Source: Chrysemys picta bellii | Lineage: Eukaryota | NCBI RefSeq assembly: GCF_011386835.1 | Contig: NC_088800.1 | Span: 82,708,001 to 82,772,000 of the forward strand | Reading direction: 5' to 3' | DNA length: 64,000 bases | Shown: piece by piece, positions 37,463 through 49,879 of the stretch | Layout: each line of letters opens with the position of its first letter | Numbering within the stretch: the first letter of the stretch is position 1 | The notes under the pieces: generated by a model | The model's input: the letters and a program-made list of their open reading frames with translations, nothing else | The model's database searches: none | Told to the model about the DNA's origin: nothing | Position numbers and translations under genes: made by a program

Positions 37463-39518
37463 TACACCCAACCTATCTCAGGGCCATTTCCTGGTTTCCT
37501 CACATAATGATTCAGGCATTGCATAGGGGAACTACCTAAGGGCTGAGATGAGAGAATTCTATCCATCTACGTTCTTATAGTGGTATCCATCAGTAGAGCA
37601 TATTCTAGTCACCCCCTAACCCATGCATAGGCACAGAGCACCAGCAGACCCACTCCCAATACAAGTACCCAACATGGAGGTTTGGGACACATACAATTGT
37701 GTACCCCCAGGCTTTTCCGCTCCTCCATTTTCCCACATCCCGATGGGGCCTCACAGAGTGCCACCATGGAACATAGCTCCGTGGCATGCAAGGGATGAGC
37801 ACCTGGCATAGCTTATGCCTCCTGCACAATATAGCAATATTTCCACTGCTTTTCCAGCTTTGCTTTTCCATACAAGGGCAGCAGGCTCAGGAAATACTGA
37901 CTGGAGTCTACTACGCCAGGTGCTTCAGCAGAAGAAATTGCTCCATCCTTTCCCATAACACACCTAATTATGCAAGTCCATAGGTAGACTTTTCTTCACA
38001 GGGTGTAGTAATCAAATGTATAATGGGAAATTTCCAAAATCTCTCTTTCTTTGCAGGTGCAAAATTTGCCCCCACATACTGAATTGCAGGCCCAGATCTT
38101 AGCAGTTGGACCTGTAGCTATCTATTTTGAAACTATAAAAATACAAGTGCATATGTTCCGGTCTAATGGACTATCTTGTGTAAAAATTTATTTCCTATAG
38201 AGAATTTGCTGCTTTCTGGAATCCTGCACTGTGATTCTAGGAAATTGGAAATGAATGGAAGGAACTGGTGCTGGGCTGACATATTCTGATACAGCGAAAT
38301 TGGTGGAATGTGGGCAAAATGTATTTGGTTGTTTACTCCTGTTAGCATTTGCTGCTAGCATGTGGCATACTGATGAGAGCATTTCCAAGCGTTCTTGCAT
38401 GTGCAAATGTGACAACACGTTAATTTTGCAGCATTTCCACAGCTGCATTGGCTGCATGGAGGAAACAAAAATATCTTTGTGACTAAAAGCCCAGAAACTT
38501 TCAAGCACTACAGTTCAGGTCAAGTTATGCATCCATGGAGCATAATGCCATCTGGTTTAGCTTGATGGTTAAATGACATTCCCCTGTCAAACTCGCTTTG
38601 AAAGGCAATTCCAGGGAACCCAGATTTGTTCCTGCGAAGGTCGTGGTGAGCTGTGTGTTCTAATGAGGACATTTGTTGTAAGTTGCGGGGTGTTTGGAAG
38701 ATAAGATGGAGACACTATATATTTCTCATAGCCAAGAGAGAAAAATTCAGACCAGAAATCTTTTAAGTTATGGTTTCATAATTGTCAGCAAAAACTTGTC
38801 TCTGATGTAACTCTGACTTCAGCAAAGCGATTTACATACCATACAACATGTGTATGCATCTCTCTGTTAAAACAGATACAGTCAACTTCTTAGACCGAAT
38901 ACAGTAGTTGTAGGATGATGTAGTCTTAAATTATTGCAAAAGAGCTTTATTTCTAAGTCACCACTTGATTATTAAAAGCCTCTTTTCTGAATTGTTTATT
39001 TTTCATTTCATGGTTGAGTTATTTAAACTCTACAATTTCAATCCCACTTTTATCCTACTCATGGTGCCGATTTCCTTCATCCCCTTCTAAGCCTAGTTTT
39101 CAAGTCACATCAAACACCATCCATGTGCCAGATGCTTAGTAAATAATGTTTTCGCCCAAAGTATTATGCTAAACTCAAGCATATCCACTGGCCACAGCTG
39201 CTCAGATAGCGGACATCTTCAGTACCGAGTGATGCAATGATGCTTTGCTCTTTTCAGCTCTTGGAGCCTAATCCTGGTCCCATCTGAGTCAATGGGAAGA
39301 GCATCAGAATTTAGCATCTTACAGACCAGGAGTTGAATCCAAAAAAATAGGAGGCATTTGGGGTGACTCCAGCTATATATTCAGAGGTAAGGATGATTAA
39401 TACTGGAGGATTTGGGGGTACTACTCACACCCATATTTCATGATCCAGAATATAGTAATAAGTAGGTTAGTTACAAAGGGCAATGTCCTCTGCTGAATGG
39501 AATTACAGTTGTGCATTT

Positions 39519-39767
39519 ATCAGAGGGGTAGCCGTGTTAGTCTGAATCTGTAAAAAGCAACAGAGGGTCCTGTGGCACCTTTAAGACTAACAGAAGTATT
39601 GGGAGCATCAGCTTTCGTGGGTAAGAACCTCACTTCTTCAGATGCAAGAAGAACCTCACTTCTTCAGACTTGCATCTGAAGAAGTGAGGTTCTTACCCAC
39701 GAAAGCTTATGCTCCCAATACTTCTGTTAGTCTTAAAGGTGCCACAGGACCCTCTGTTGCTTTTTAT
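39519..39767 (-). mobile_element. Penelope-like fold-back insertion (same subfamily as 34516)
   Basis: About 100-bp inverted arms, family 3' end at left, 20-nt direct duplication at the apex (39623-39642 = 39649-39668), 12-bp TSD agttgtgcattt (39507-39518, 39768-39779). Confidence 0.95.
39672..39712 (+). ncRNA. Minimal type-I hammerhead motif, core intact
   Basis: GCAU-CUGAAGA-A-stem II-GAAA-GCU-U-AUGC. The mirror copy (39605-39645, minus) has G at the cleavage position H17. Confidence 0.75.
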
Positions 39768-40689
39768 AGTTGTGCATTTGTTTATCATAAGCCCTATACT
39801 GCTAAGAATAAATGGAGATTCTCTTTTAGCTCAGGTGATGGGGGCCCGTGCTTTTGGACCAATAGAAGTTGTGTTCTGGCTGTCAGCCTGAAGTCACACG
39901 TCAAGCAGAGTGAGAACTGTAATGTTCTTTGACGGCGAATGATTTGCTGTGGTACAAGGTCGAGTTACTGTATTAGTACTTGGATAGCCTAGGTGTTATT
40001 CTACTTATTGATTCATGTATTAGGTGTTCATTCTTTCCTTCCATTCTTTAATTATTTCTCCCCTCACGCCCTGTCCCTGGTATGTTTTGCATGTGCTTTC
40101 TGTTTTGTTGTTGTTGGTATCATTGTTCTGTTATTCTCTCATCTGTAGAAGTAACTCGCAACACAATTAAGACAACTAAAATCAACCTGACCAACCTACT
40201 CACATTTGCTTGGCACAATAACGGTCTTTTCAAATTGGGTATACTATAGTGCTGCCTTATTATTCTGGAAGGTCATTTGAATGTCTTCTAACAATGGCTG
40301 AGTTGTTATTGATCTCAGTGTTGTCCTGTGTTTGCGATTGCTCCGGTTGCCCATCTGCTTGTATTACTTTCATATGTTCCATTAAAATGGAACACAGCCC
40401 TTTACTATTCTTTCTTTAAATCGTAGAATGGGAAAGTGAAGGAAGGTTTTACTTCTTATAAGATTTCCAATGGTAACTCTCCCTTTCAGCTGATAATCCT
40501 CTCCCTTGCTTCACTGTTGTTCCTTTCTATTCCTTGTTATCCATTCCCTATTTTCCCTGAACCCGAAAAGTAGAAGGGCGCCCCCCCCCCAATTGGCTTG
40601 CCTGGTAAAATGGGTTGGGAGGAGATATTGTTCTTTTCTTGTGGAATATAACAGAGGCAATGTTAGAGACAGAGAGAGAGAGATATAGG

Positions 40690-41431
40690 CAGGGCCGGCT
40701 CTGGCTTTTTTGCCGCCCCAAGCAAAAAACGCCGGGCCGGCCGGAGCAGCAAAGGGGGGGTGGGAGAGAGGGGAGGAGGAAAACAAACCCGCCCCCAGCT
40801 GCAGCGGCAAAGGGGGGCGGAAAACAAACCTGACCCCGGCCGGAGTGGAGGGTGGGGGTGGGGGGGAAGAACAAACCGGCCGGCCGGAGCGGCCAAGGAG
40901 GTGGGGGGGGGGGCAGGAAACAAACCTGCCCCCAGCCGGAGCGGCGAAGGGGCAGGAAACAAACTGGCCGCCGGAGAGGTGAAGGAAAGAAAAAACAAAA
41001 AACCTGCGGGGCGGCGGGAGCGTGGGTGCAGGGGGACTCTCCTGGCCCTGCAGACCCCGGGCAGCGGAGTGCGCACCCCGGCTAGCAGGGGAGAGAGAGA
41101 AGGGGGGCCCCCAGGGCTTCCTTAAGCGGGGTGCTGCCACGCGGCCCCTCCGTGCGCGCTGCCTGCTGGGAGGGCTCTGTGCCACTCCGGTCGGCAGGCA
41201 GGGAAGGATGCAGGCTGCCCTGCTGGGCTTGCTGCAGGGCGCTCCCGTCCTCCACGCCGCCAACCCCTACAGGGCAGCGGGAGCAGCAAACCAAAAAGAA
41301 AAAAATCTGCAGCGGCGGCCAAAGCGGTGAAGCGCAAAAAAAAAAAAAAAAAAAAAAAAGGATTAGATGGAATGCCGCCCCTTGGAATCTGCCGCCCCAA
41401 GCACAAGCTTGCTCCGCTGGTGCCGGCCCTG
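40690..41431 (+). mobile_element. GC-rich hAT non-autonomous element with internal tandem repeats
   Basis: 10-bp TIR cagggccggc, perfect 8-bp TSD gatatagg (40682-40689, 41432-41439), about 6 units of a ~45-bp aaacaaacc...gccggagcggc...ggg repeat at about 40734-40985. Confidence 0.92.
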
Positions 41432-43522
41432 GATATAGGAACCCAAGGCCCAACAGGACTGCATATCAATATGACCTTAGCCCTACCTTACTCCTTTTGA
41501 AGGTCTAGGTTGCTGGGCTATTAGTTCGGAAGACCCAGTAAGAATGATGACATTCTGCAGTTGTTTATGACAAACACATCAGAATAATTCCAGTCCAAAT
41601 TACAAGGCTAAAGTCGGGGGTGGGACAGGGACAGCTTGGGGGTGGGGACAAGATGACCTCAAGTTGCCCAAGGGCACAGCTATCGCTTTTGCAAAATTTT
41701 AACCAAAGACAACATTCTTTTACTGCAAAAATGAACAAATAAACCACCTGCAAAGCAAACCCAGTGAGTTTTGCATCACTACTCAGGAGCACGGCTCCTT
41801 ACAGGGCTGGGAAGGGTGTGGTTCAGCTGCATGAGGGCTCCATTCCTGTCTCCCCTTTCCCTCAAATGCTGTTTGCCCACATTGCTCCTAGCCCACTACC
41901 TGCCCAGACATGGAGGAAGCTGATCCTCCCGCAGTACAGAGTACACACTCACAAGGCTACTTTTCTGCACTCTTGGAGTGTAACTATTCTTACTACTTGT
42001 AAGCCAGGCCCGCTCAGTGTGCTGCTCTGTCCCCTCGAGTGGCGGCTAGGCCAACTAGAGATTAATGTACCTGCTACAAGCTTGGTTGAGAGAACTGGGT
42101 CTTTTAGTTCCAGCAGTGGAGGTTCATGTTTTAAGATCACATGGTCCCCACTGCCTATTACATATGTGGTGGTGCTAAAGGCTAGTTCTAGTCCCTGATT
42201 AAAGCTGATGAGTGTGCTAACCACCATTCTTTCAGGTGAAACGGAAGGAGCAATTTATTATGTGAGATAGCTGGAGACAATAGAAGCTACTGCCCAAGGC
42301 AAAATTGGCCACATGGCAACGTCTGAGCCGGGGACTGTGTGGCAAGCTCTGTCTGTGCGTGAGACAGAGAGAGAGAGAGAAAAAGGAGTGGTGGACCTGC
42401 AGATGGATAGAAGTCCTTGGGGCACAGGATGGGCTGCAGGAAGGCTTAGAAACTGTAAGCGCAAAGAAATTACCTGCTGTGGTTTGTTTCTACCATGTTC
42501 AGGGAAACAGGACTGTGTGATCATTCTTTGTAAATAATCAGGATTGCACCCAAATATAGACCTGACTCCTATCATCAATTTTTCCTCCTAATGGAAACAA
42601 TCCTGCATGGTCCCACATATTGGCTTATCACTCGGGCCAATGGGGAAACAACATTGTCAATCATTTTGAAAGAGATGCTGCCCTTTATTGTGTCCTCTGT
42701 GATGATCTTTAGAAAAATACTTTGCTTTAGAAGAAACAGCTGAATTATGAAGTATTGGGGCATATGAGAAAGCCAGAGTGATTGACACATGAGCGGAGAA
42801 ACTTCCGGCCTGCAAGCTTCAGTCTGCGTGCTCCTCATTATCTTAAGGACAATGCCGAGAACAAGGGAAAATCCAAGAGAAAAGAGAAGCTGTAATATCA
42901 GGAGAGGCAGACATTGTGGATTTACATAGGACCCCAGCATGCCTGAGTGTGATGGGTGATTGTCCCAAGGAATGGACTTTGGCCTGGGTACAGAAAACCA
43001 CTCAACATTTTGGATGCTCATCCAGAGGTTACGTAAACTTTCAGGATTCATTGGGACCAGAGAACCGAGCTGGAGATCTCACGAGAACAGATTATCTGAT
43101 GGGGCGGAACAAGCGATTGGTACCAGCCTCTCTCTCGCTCAGTGTTTTAGCCCTTGCCCTTCTGATCCCAGAGAGGTGCAGAAGCAGCACAAATGAAAAG
43201 GGAGGGAGAGAAGATAAGATGGGGGAAGAAATAAATCACCTGCATTCTATGGGCAGGGCCATGCAGAGGCACAATCCTGCTCCTCTGTTGGATCTGGTTC
43301 TGTGTCTCAAGCCCTCTAGCCCCCCATGGTCGTGAACAGAAGCCTGAAAACGTGAAACAAGCATCGATCGATCCAGCAACATCTGTCAGTCTGAGTCTGC
43401 AGACAGCCTCTAGCAGTGTGAGAAGTGACAGCCACTAGAGTCAAGGAAGAAGGTACTGGCCCCATACCCTCACCAAAGCAGAGCAGACCTCTTCCTCTGT
43501 CTCCCTCCCCACCCACCTCCTG

Positions 43523-43740
43523 CTACTTGCGGGAAGAGGGGAGACATGGTGGCTGCTCTCATCACTGCATGGGGATGGGAAGGGGAGCCACCAATTCACC
43601 TTCTGCTGGGGGAGGAGGTCATGGGAGCCCCTATGTGAGGTGCACCGAGGGCCCTGAATTATCCTCATCCAGCGCTATTTGAGAGACGGGAAAGAATGAC
43701 TGTTAGACACGTCCAAAGGCTGAAGACCCTTGGCCATTTG
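43523..43740 (+). repeat. Left arm of 218-bp inverted duplication
   Basis: Reverse complement of 45104-45321, 8 mismatches, no indels. Confidence 0.95.
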
Positions 43741-44625
43741 TCCACTAGGGTAAACATTGCCTAAGCAAAAGAATAACATGCAATTGACTGGGGGGGACAG
43801 GACATGCGAGCCCCCTGACTGGAAAAGCCCTGAGTGCCGTGTGAACAGCTGACAGTTTGGACAACGTCGTTGCAAGAAAACACCCGACTGACGCATGTTA
43901 TGCCTAGCCCAGTGAAAATAGAAGTGTATGATTTATGCAGATGCTTCCTGGAAATTAGGAGGCGGAGTACTTGCAAAATGTGCAAATTTACACATGGAAG
44001 TCAAATGTAGTCAAGGGGATTCTCTTTTTATTGAGCATATAATGTGTGTACGTGAATCCTCAAGTGCGATATTTAAATGGTAATTCATTCTGGAGCATTT
44101 TAAGTGACTGGTTTTCCTGCAGCAACAAGTAAATGGCAAAGAGCTGTCAGAAGAAGAAATGATGTGCAAACCTCCATGGTGACAACTGGAGTGATTTCCT
44201 ACTGTAAACGTAAGCCAGGTCTTTTATGCTGGAAGTACTCCCAGTCTACCAGGTCCTGGTGCGGGATAGCAGACAGAATCCAAGGAGTGTGAATGGAAAT
44301 AGATGATGAAAGATGGGCAGCAACTACAGGGATGTAGGATTCAGAGATGTCTAGCACAAAGATAACTGCATGAACACCCAGGTTAGATAGCTGATGTAAA
44401 GGAAGCCCTTGACAAGATCTGCCAGGGAATCACATACCGTAATGTACTGACTAGTTTGTATCCACAGAAACACAGTGCCAGATTCTGAGCTCACGCTGTT
44501 TTTTTACAAACAAAATGGTCCATTTTTAAGCTGGACAGATTTCAGTGTCAGTGTCTAACAGAGCAGTAGGAATAAAGTGAGACTCTCATGATCTATCTAT
44601 TTATGGTTTTCCTCTAGTACCCGTT

Positions 44626-44707
44626 TCAGAGTAGCAGCCGTGTTAGTCTCTATCCGCAAAAAGAACAGGAGTACTTGTTCTACTCTAAGGTGCCACAAGT
44701 ACTCCTG
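44626..44707 (-). mobile_element. Tiny Penelope-like insertion (82 bp) lacking the ribozyme
   Basis: Family 3' end tcagagtagcagccgtgttagtc, 16-bp inverted arms gaacaggagtacttgt / acaagtactcctgttc, 17-bp TSD ttcctctagtacccgtt (44609-44625, 44708-44724). Confidence 0.9.
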
Positions 44708-45103
44708 TTCCTCTAGTACCCGTTACTGGAGCACCAAAGCATGGTCCATACATTGACTTCCATGGAACTACTCTTGAGAGTAAGGACTTTTCACACTAAC
44801 AAGGTTTCAGGGCCAAGATCCGGAAGAGAGGCATATGGACAGAGGGGATCTGATCCCAAAGCATTTATAACAGAGCTGGGTTCATTACTTATCATAAAAT
44901 ACTTTTAAGTGCAATCCTCACCGCCTAGATTAGCCAAGCAGGAGAGTGCTAACAGGAATGGTGCTACTAAGAGGGATCCAGTGTCTCCAAAAAAAAATCA
45001 ACTTGAGCTGCCGGTTGTAGGCAGCAGCTGCTGCAGGAAGTTCAATGTGCGTATTCTTAAAAACTCAGCATCCATATTTATAATTTCACTGCCAGATATT
45101 TGC

Positions 45104-45321
45104 CAAATGGCCAAGGGACTTCAGCCTTTCGACGTGTCTAACAGTCATTCTTTCCTGTCTCTCAAATAGCGCGGGATGAGGATAATTCAGGGCCCTCGGT
45201 GCACCTCACATAGGGGCTCCCATGACCTCCTCCCCCAGCAGAAGATGGATTGGTGGCTCCCCTTCCCATCGCCACGCAGTGATGAGAGCAGCCACCATGT
45301 CTCCCCTCTTCCCGCAAGTAG
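45104..45321 (-). repeat. Right arm of 218-bp inverted duplication
   Basis: 96% identical in reverse orientation to 43523-43740. Confidence 0.95.
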
Positions 45322-45429
45322 GACTAAAAGGAAGGACTAATCTATAAAAGGCTATTAAGAAAACCATCCATAGGATCCATATTTGCACTTCAGCCAGGGA
45401 AGATGATAGAACTGAAACTACCTTTGTGT

Positions 45430-45815
45430 AGATGGAGTCTCAGCCGAGAGGCCAAACTGCTCAATCACTCAAAGAGGTGTGGTCCCTCCACAGCAGGGCC
45501 CCTCATGAACCTAGGAACAGCTATACTGGATCAGACTAGTGGTCCTTCTAGTCCAGTAGCCTCTCTCCAACAGTGATCAGTAATAGATGCTACAGAAGAA
45601 GATGCAAGAAACCGTGAAATAGGCAATTGTGGGATAAGTTCACCCAGCAGGAGAAATTTCTTTCTCACACTCTCAGTTATGCCCTGATGCTGCTAAAGTG
45701 GAGCGAGGGAATCTTGCACCATTACCACCTATAATGTATCTAGGTCTGTTGACAGAGATGTTCAAGTTTCAGAGAGGTCAGCGGGACACATTCCACAAGC
45801 ACTAAAATGACTTAA
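45430..45815 (+). mobile_element. LF-SINE fragment interrupted by a LINE tail
   Basis: agtctcagccgagaggccaa, ggtccctccacagcaggg and ttccacaagcactaaaatgact match LF-SINE body and tail segments as I recall them. Confidence 0.45.
45512..45620 (-). mobile_element. Old LINE 3' tail (related to 4070)
   Basis: aacagctatactggatcagactagtggtccttctagtccagtagcctctctccaacagtg. Confidence 0.55.
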
Positions 45816-46035
45816 AAGAAATAGATTTTTCACCACAGTGAGATTGCAGCTGCTCTGATGTAACTCATCCCATCATCTTCCCCAAGAAGTGTAAATTAGA
45901 AATGGGAAGGTCTGATACACAATCTTTCCTTAGCGCTAGGGAGACTGCTTCAGAAAAGGACGAGTAGCTGTCCTCTTTAAAAGTGACAGCAAACAAGCCT
46001 GCCTAGAAATGGAAGAAGATCCAGACTATACTAGT

Positions 46036-46511
46036 TGTTATGACCCACAGGTCTTGAACCCAGGCACATAAGGAGCAGCCATGCTTCAACCCTCCACCTT
46101 GCTTGCACTAGCTTAGTGGCAACACATGAAGCCCAGCCCCATTGTGAGGCTCCACCCCTGAGATCTGATTGGCAGTGTCCCAGAGTGGCTGATTGGCCCT
46201 CTGACCCTCCTTAAGCCAGCAGCAAGAACCAGAAACTGTCTGAACAATTGGGCTCTGCCCTGCTCCAGGCTGTATGCCTTGTGCTTCCCGATACGCTGGC
46301 CTGATATCCTGGCATCTGATTTGTGATTCCTGACTCCAGTTTGTCTTCTGCCTCTGACCCCTGGTACCCTGACCCAGCCTGACTCTGATTCCCGATTTGC
46401 ACTTCTGACCTCCCAGTACCTTGAACCAGCGGCCTCTTGAATCCTGTCTCGTGACTGTGGATTCTGGCTCTGACTGCTAGGTCTGGCTGCCTATGACCAG
46501 GTTGTGCCACA
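46036..46511 (+). mobile_element. Probable solo LTR (476 bp)
   Basis: tgtta...gccaca termini, two inverse CCAAT boxes (ctgattgg), pyrimidine-rich ctgacc repeats. TSD weak (ctagt / ctaag). Confidence 0.55.
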
Positions 46512-46674
46512 CTAAGGACGCTGAATGAGATACACCAATGGAAAACTCTATAGGTCAAAAATTGTTGCTGACCACTGGGGGAAAAAACTATTCCCCCAAA
46601 CTGGTGGTGCAAGACAATCTGCCAAAAGCCAGTCTGGCATCGGTCTCAACGAAACTGGCAGTTTCAGAGTTCAG

Positions 46675-46797
46675 TGGGGCGACCAGATAGCAAGTGTGAA
46701 AAATCAGGAGGGGGTGAGGGGTAAATAGGCACCTATATAAGACAAAACCCCAAATATCAGGACTGTCCCTATAAAAGCAGGACATCTGGTCACCCTA
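46675..46797 (+). mobile_element. ~120-bp hAT MITE, copy 3
   Basis: tggggcgaccaga / tctggtcacccta, TSD gagttcag / aagttcag (7/8). Confidence 0.88.
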
Positions 46798-48706
46798 AAG
46801 TTCAGGCACATCTCCTCTGGCCTCACAAAACAGTTATGCATGTACATGTGCCTAACACAGTCCATCCCACAGGGGAACACGTTTCTCTGGCATATGACCA
46901 GGACACTCAGTGTCTGTCAGTGACAACTAGCTTGTGCTGGAACTAGCATGTTCACTTCTTGGGTCAGTTCCACCAAATCATGTCCCTTTATGCTCATCTG
47001 CACCCTCATGCATGGAGTAGTGCAGATGGGGCCTTCTGCTGTTACTTTTAAAGATACTATGCCGGTGTAAAGCTTTCTCAATGCATAGCAGTTCTCTGCC
47101 ATCTTCTAAGAAAGCATTTCCCCCTCTCTCATTTGCCCCTGGGTCATTCTAACCCCAAATTGGCCCTACGTTCCTAGATTCTAAAATCTACAGTTGTCAG
47201 CAAATGTAGCATCCTTGTTCTAGCTATTCTGCTTTCCTAATCTCATTGTTAAGATCATATCCATTTTGTGGTTGCAAGAACATTCTCTTAGTAAAGAGGA
47301 GAAGAACACAATCACAAAGCATTCTAAGAATACACCAAACCTCAAAATAAAACGTGTTTTCCATCACTAGGCATTTCCACCTGGGGTGGGGCCTACACGA
47401 CTCTTTTGCAATAATATTTTTCTAAATTACAGTATCTCTTTGATTCTCCGGGCGGGGAAAAAATCAAATCATGTGAAGAACTGTCACCACTGGAAATGTT
47501 CACCTGGGAGCTTATGGAACATTTATGAAAACAAACAAAAACATCTGAGTGAGTGTCTCTATCAGGGGTCCTGCTTCTCGTGTGAAGAGAGTGGGAGATG
47601 AATTCATTAGAGCTCAATCTAAAGCCTAATGAAGTCAACGGGAGTCATTTCATTGGCTTAACTAGGCACTGGATCAAGCCCACCGTGTGCTTAGACTTCT
47701 GATTTACACACCAAAGTAAGTAAGATCAGCAGAGCCCAGTGCATTTGGCTAATGAACGTGTTGTGATACATATATTCTAATGTGGTGTGTTATGTTATGA
47801 AATTATTTCATAGTCAATAAAATCTTAAAGGGGCAAAAAAGAAAAAAAAAGGGGGGGAGAGAAAAAAAAGACCAGGACATGAAAGAGTCAGATATACATC
47901 CAGTGCTCCTCTCCACAGTTACAACCCCAAGTAAATACACATTAATAAGGATGCAGTTCAAAGTAAGTACACTTTTCAAAGGAGGCATTCTTATTTAGTG
48001 TAGATAATTATAAGAGCAAAATAAACCATCTTTCTTTCCCCATAAAAATGTTTTACACCACTCAATTAAAGCCTTTGAGATAAAATCCTCTGTCCTGGGT
48101 GTTTTCCTTTGCTCTTCACTTTGTCGGAAGTCATTTCAATATTTTACTATCTTGCTAATAAAAAATACATAATGGCTTGCATGCAATCTTATTTCCACTG
48201 CCAACTTGCTAGAAGAAGAAAATTTATATTGCTCGGTTGCCTCATTTTACTTTGGAGAAAAAAACATATGACCCAGCACCACAAGGACGGGACTGGAATT
48301 GATCCTCACAAGGAAATATATGAAGTTATTTGCTTAGGATTGATGCAGTGCCCTTGAGTAATCAGGGTGACCAAGCTGGCTGTTACCTCCTGAAAAGCAT
48401 TGGGCAGCCATTGCCAACATCAGCCACTGCCTCTGCTCAACTCCCTCCCCAAATCCCAATTACGATGAGAGGAGGCGAATCAACATCTTCCTAAGCATCA
48501 ATAAATCTTTGCCATCCAATTACATGCCAGAAAATACCACATGTTTAACTGGTTCCAAGTGAAACAGTGCATCACTCCCCATATGTTATTTAATACTCTC
48601 GTACGTCTACAGTGACTTTCTTGCCCAGCACTAGTGAAAAATACATTACGTACTTCTAGCAAGTTCCAGTTTTATAAAATAGTTATTTGATTACACCTTT
48701 TTTAAA

Positions 48707-49176
48707 GGTTTCAGAGTAGCAGCCATGTTAGTCTGTATCCGCAAAAAGAACAGGAGTCTTTGTGATATCTTAGGGTATGTCTTCACTACCCGCCGTATCG
48801 GTGGGTAGCAATCGATTTATCCGGGATCGATATATCGCGTCTCGTTAAGACGCGATATATCTATCCCCGAACGCACTCACCGTCGACTCTGGAACTCCAC
48901 CAGAGCGAGTGGCGGTAGCGCAGTCGACGGGGGAGCCGCAGCCATCGATCCCGCGCCATCTGGACCCCAGGTAATTCTATCCAAGATACTTCAAGTTGCA
49001 TATCTTGGATCGATCCCACCCCCCCAGTGTAGACCAGCCCTTAGAGACTGACAAATTTATTTGAGCATTAGCTTTTGTGGGCTACATGTCCGAAGAAGTA
49101 AGCTGTAGCCCACGAAAGCTTATGCTCAAATAAATTTGTTAGTCTCTAAGGTGCCACAAGGACTCCTGTTCTTTTT
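48707..49176 (-). mobile_element. Penelope-like fold-back insertion with nested Harbinger MITE
   Basis: Family 3' end ggtttcagagtagcagcc, inversion point near 49086, CCGAAGA core at 49090, 12-bp TSD accttttttaaa (48695-48706, 49177-49188). Confidence 0.92.
48773..49040 (+). mobile_element. PIF/Harbinger MITE
   Basis: TIR gggtatgtcttcact / agtgtagaccagccc, canonical TTA TSD (48770-48772, 49041-49043). Confidence 0.93.
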
Positions 49177-49879
49177 ACCTTTTTTAAAAAAATTCTCAAT
49201 CACATAAGTCTTCAGCGGGCACTTTTCAGACCCCTGATAATTCTTTTTTAAACTGATCTTCCATAATGAAGCTATGCGATCACCAGAAGGAAAGACATTT
49301 GTTAAAGGAGTTTCTTTAGATTTAAAATAAATAAATAAAGTAAGGGAAATTGAGGACGAATATTAGGAAAAAGACTTCTTGGGGCACATTCAACCGTGAC
49401 CTGTAAAGGGGAGGAAGTCAGTTTCCTTTGTGCTCTGTGCTCTGGGGATGTCTAACGAATTTCCCATCCTGCCTACCATCAGTTCAGCTCCACTGATGTT
49501 AGCAGCAGGGGGAGCTCTAGTGTAGACAGGGTGGCATTTTAAGCACGTCATCTAATTCTATCTGAGCAAAGCTATATGACATGAGGCTTGAAATGCTGAT
49601 GGGTGCCAACGTCTAGGCTTCACTTGCATTCCCACTGCTGTGACCATCTGAGCAGCTCAACTGGGTGGTGGGGAATTTATGGGAAAAGTCTCACGGCTGA
49701 CAGTGTGAATTCTTTCCTCTTAGATTCCTAGATCTACTTATACCCCCTTACTGATATGTGCACGAGTGTAAAGGAATCTAGGATGAGCTAAGTTACACAC
49801 CGGGGAGCCAGGAGTAGGTGTATTGTTACATTGGTTTAGACTCTCTCTACCCTTAATTCACTTCTGAGTTTGGCCAGTT

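Noticed and set aside
40511-41508. Cluster of long overlapping ORFs (up to 250 aa) on both strands
   Set aside because: They lie in or largely overlap a TSD-bounded GC-rich hAT MITE. Stop-poor composition and low-complexity peptides explain them.
42575-43335. ORFs near the inverted duplication, considered as ERV, hepadnavirus or DIRS remnants
   Set aside because: No RT, RNase H, integrase or tyrosine-recombinase motif visible in any frame I translated.
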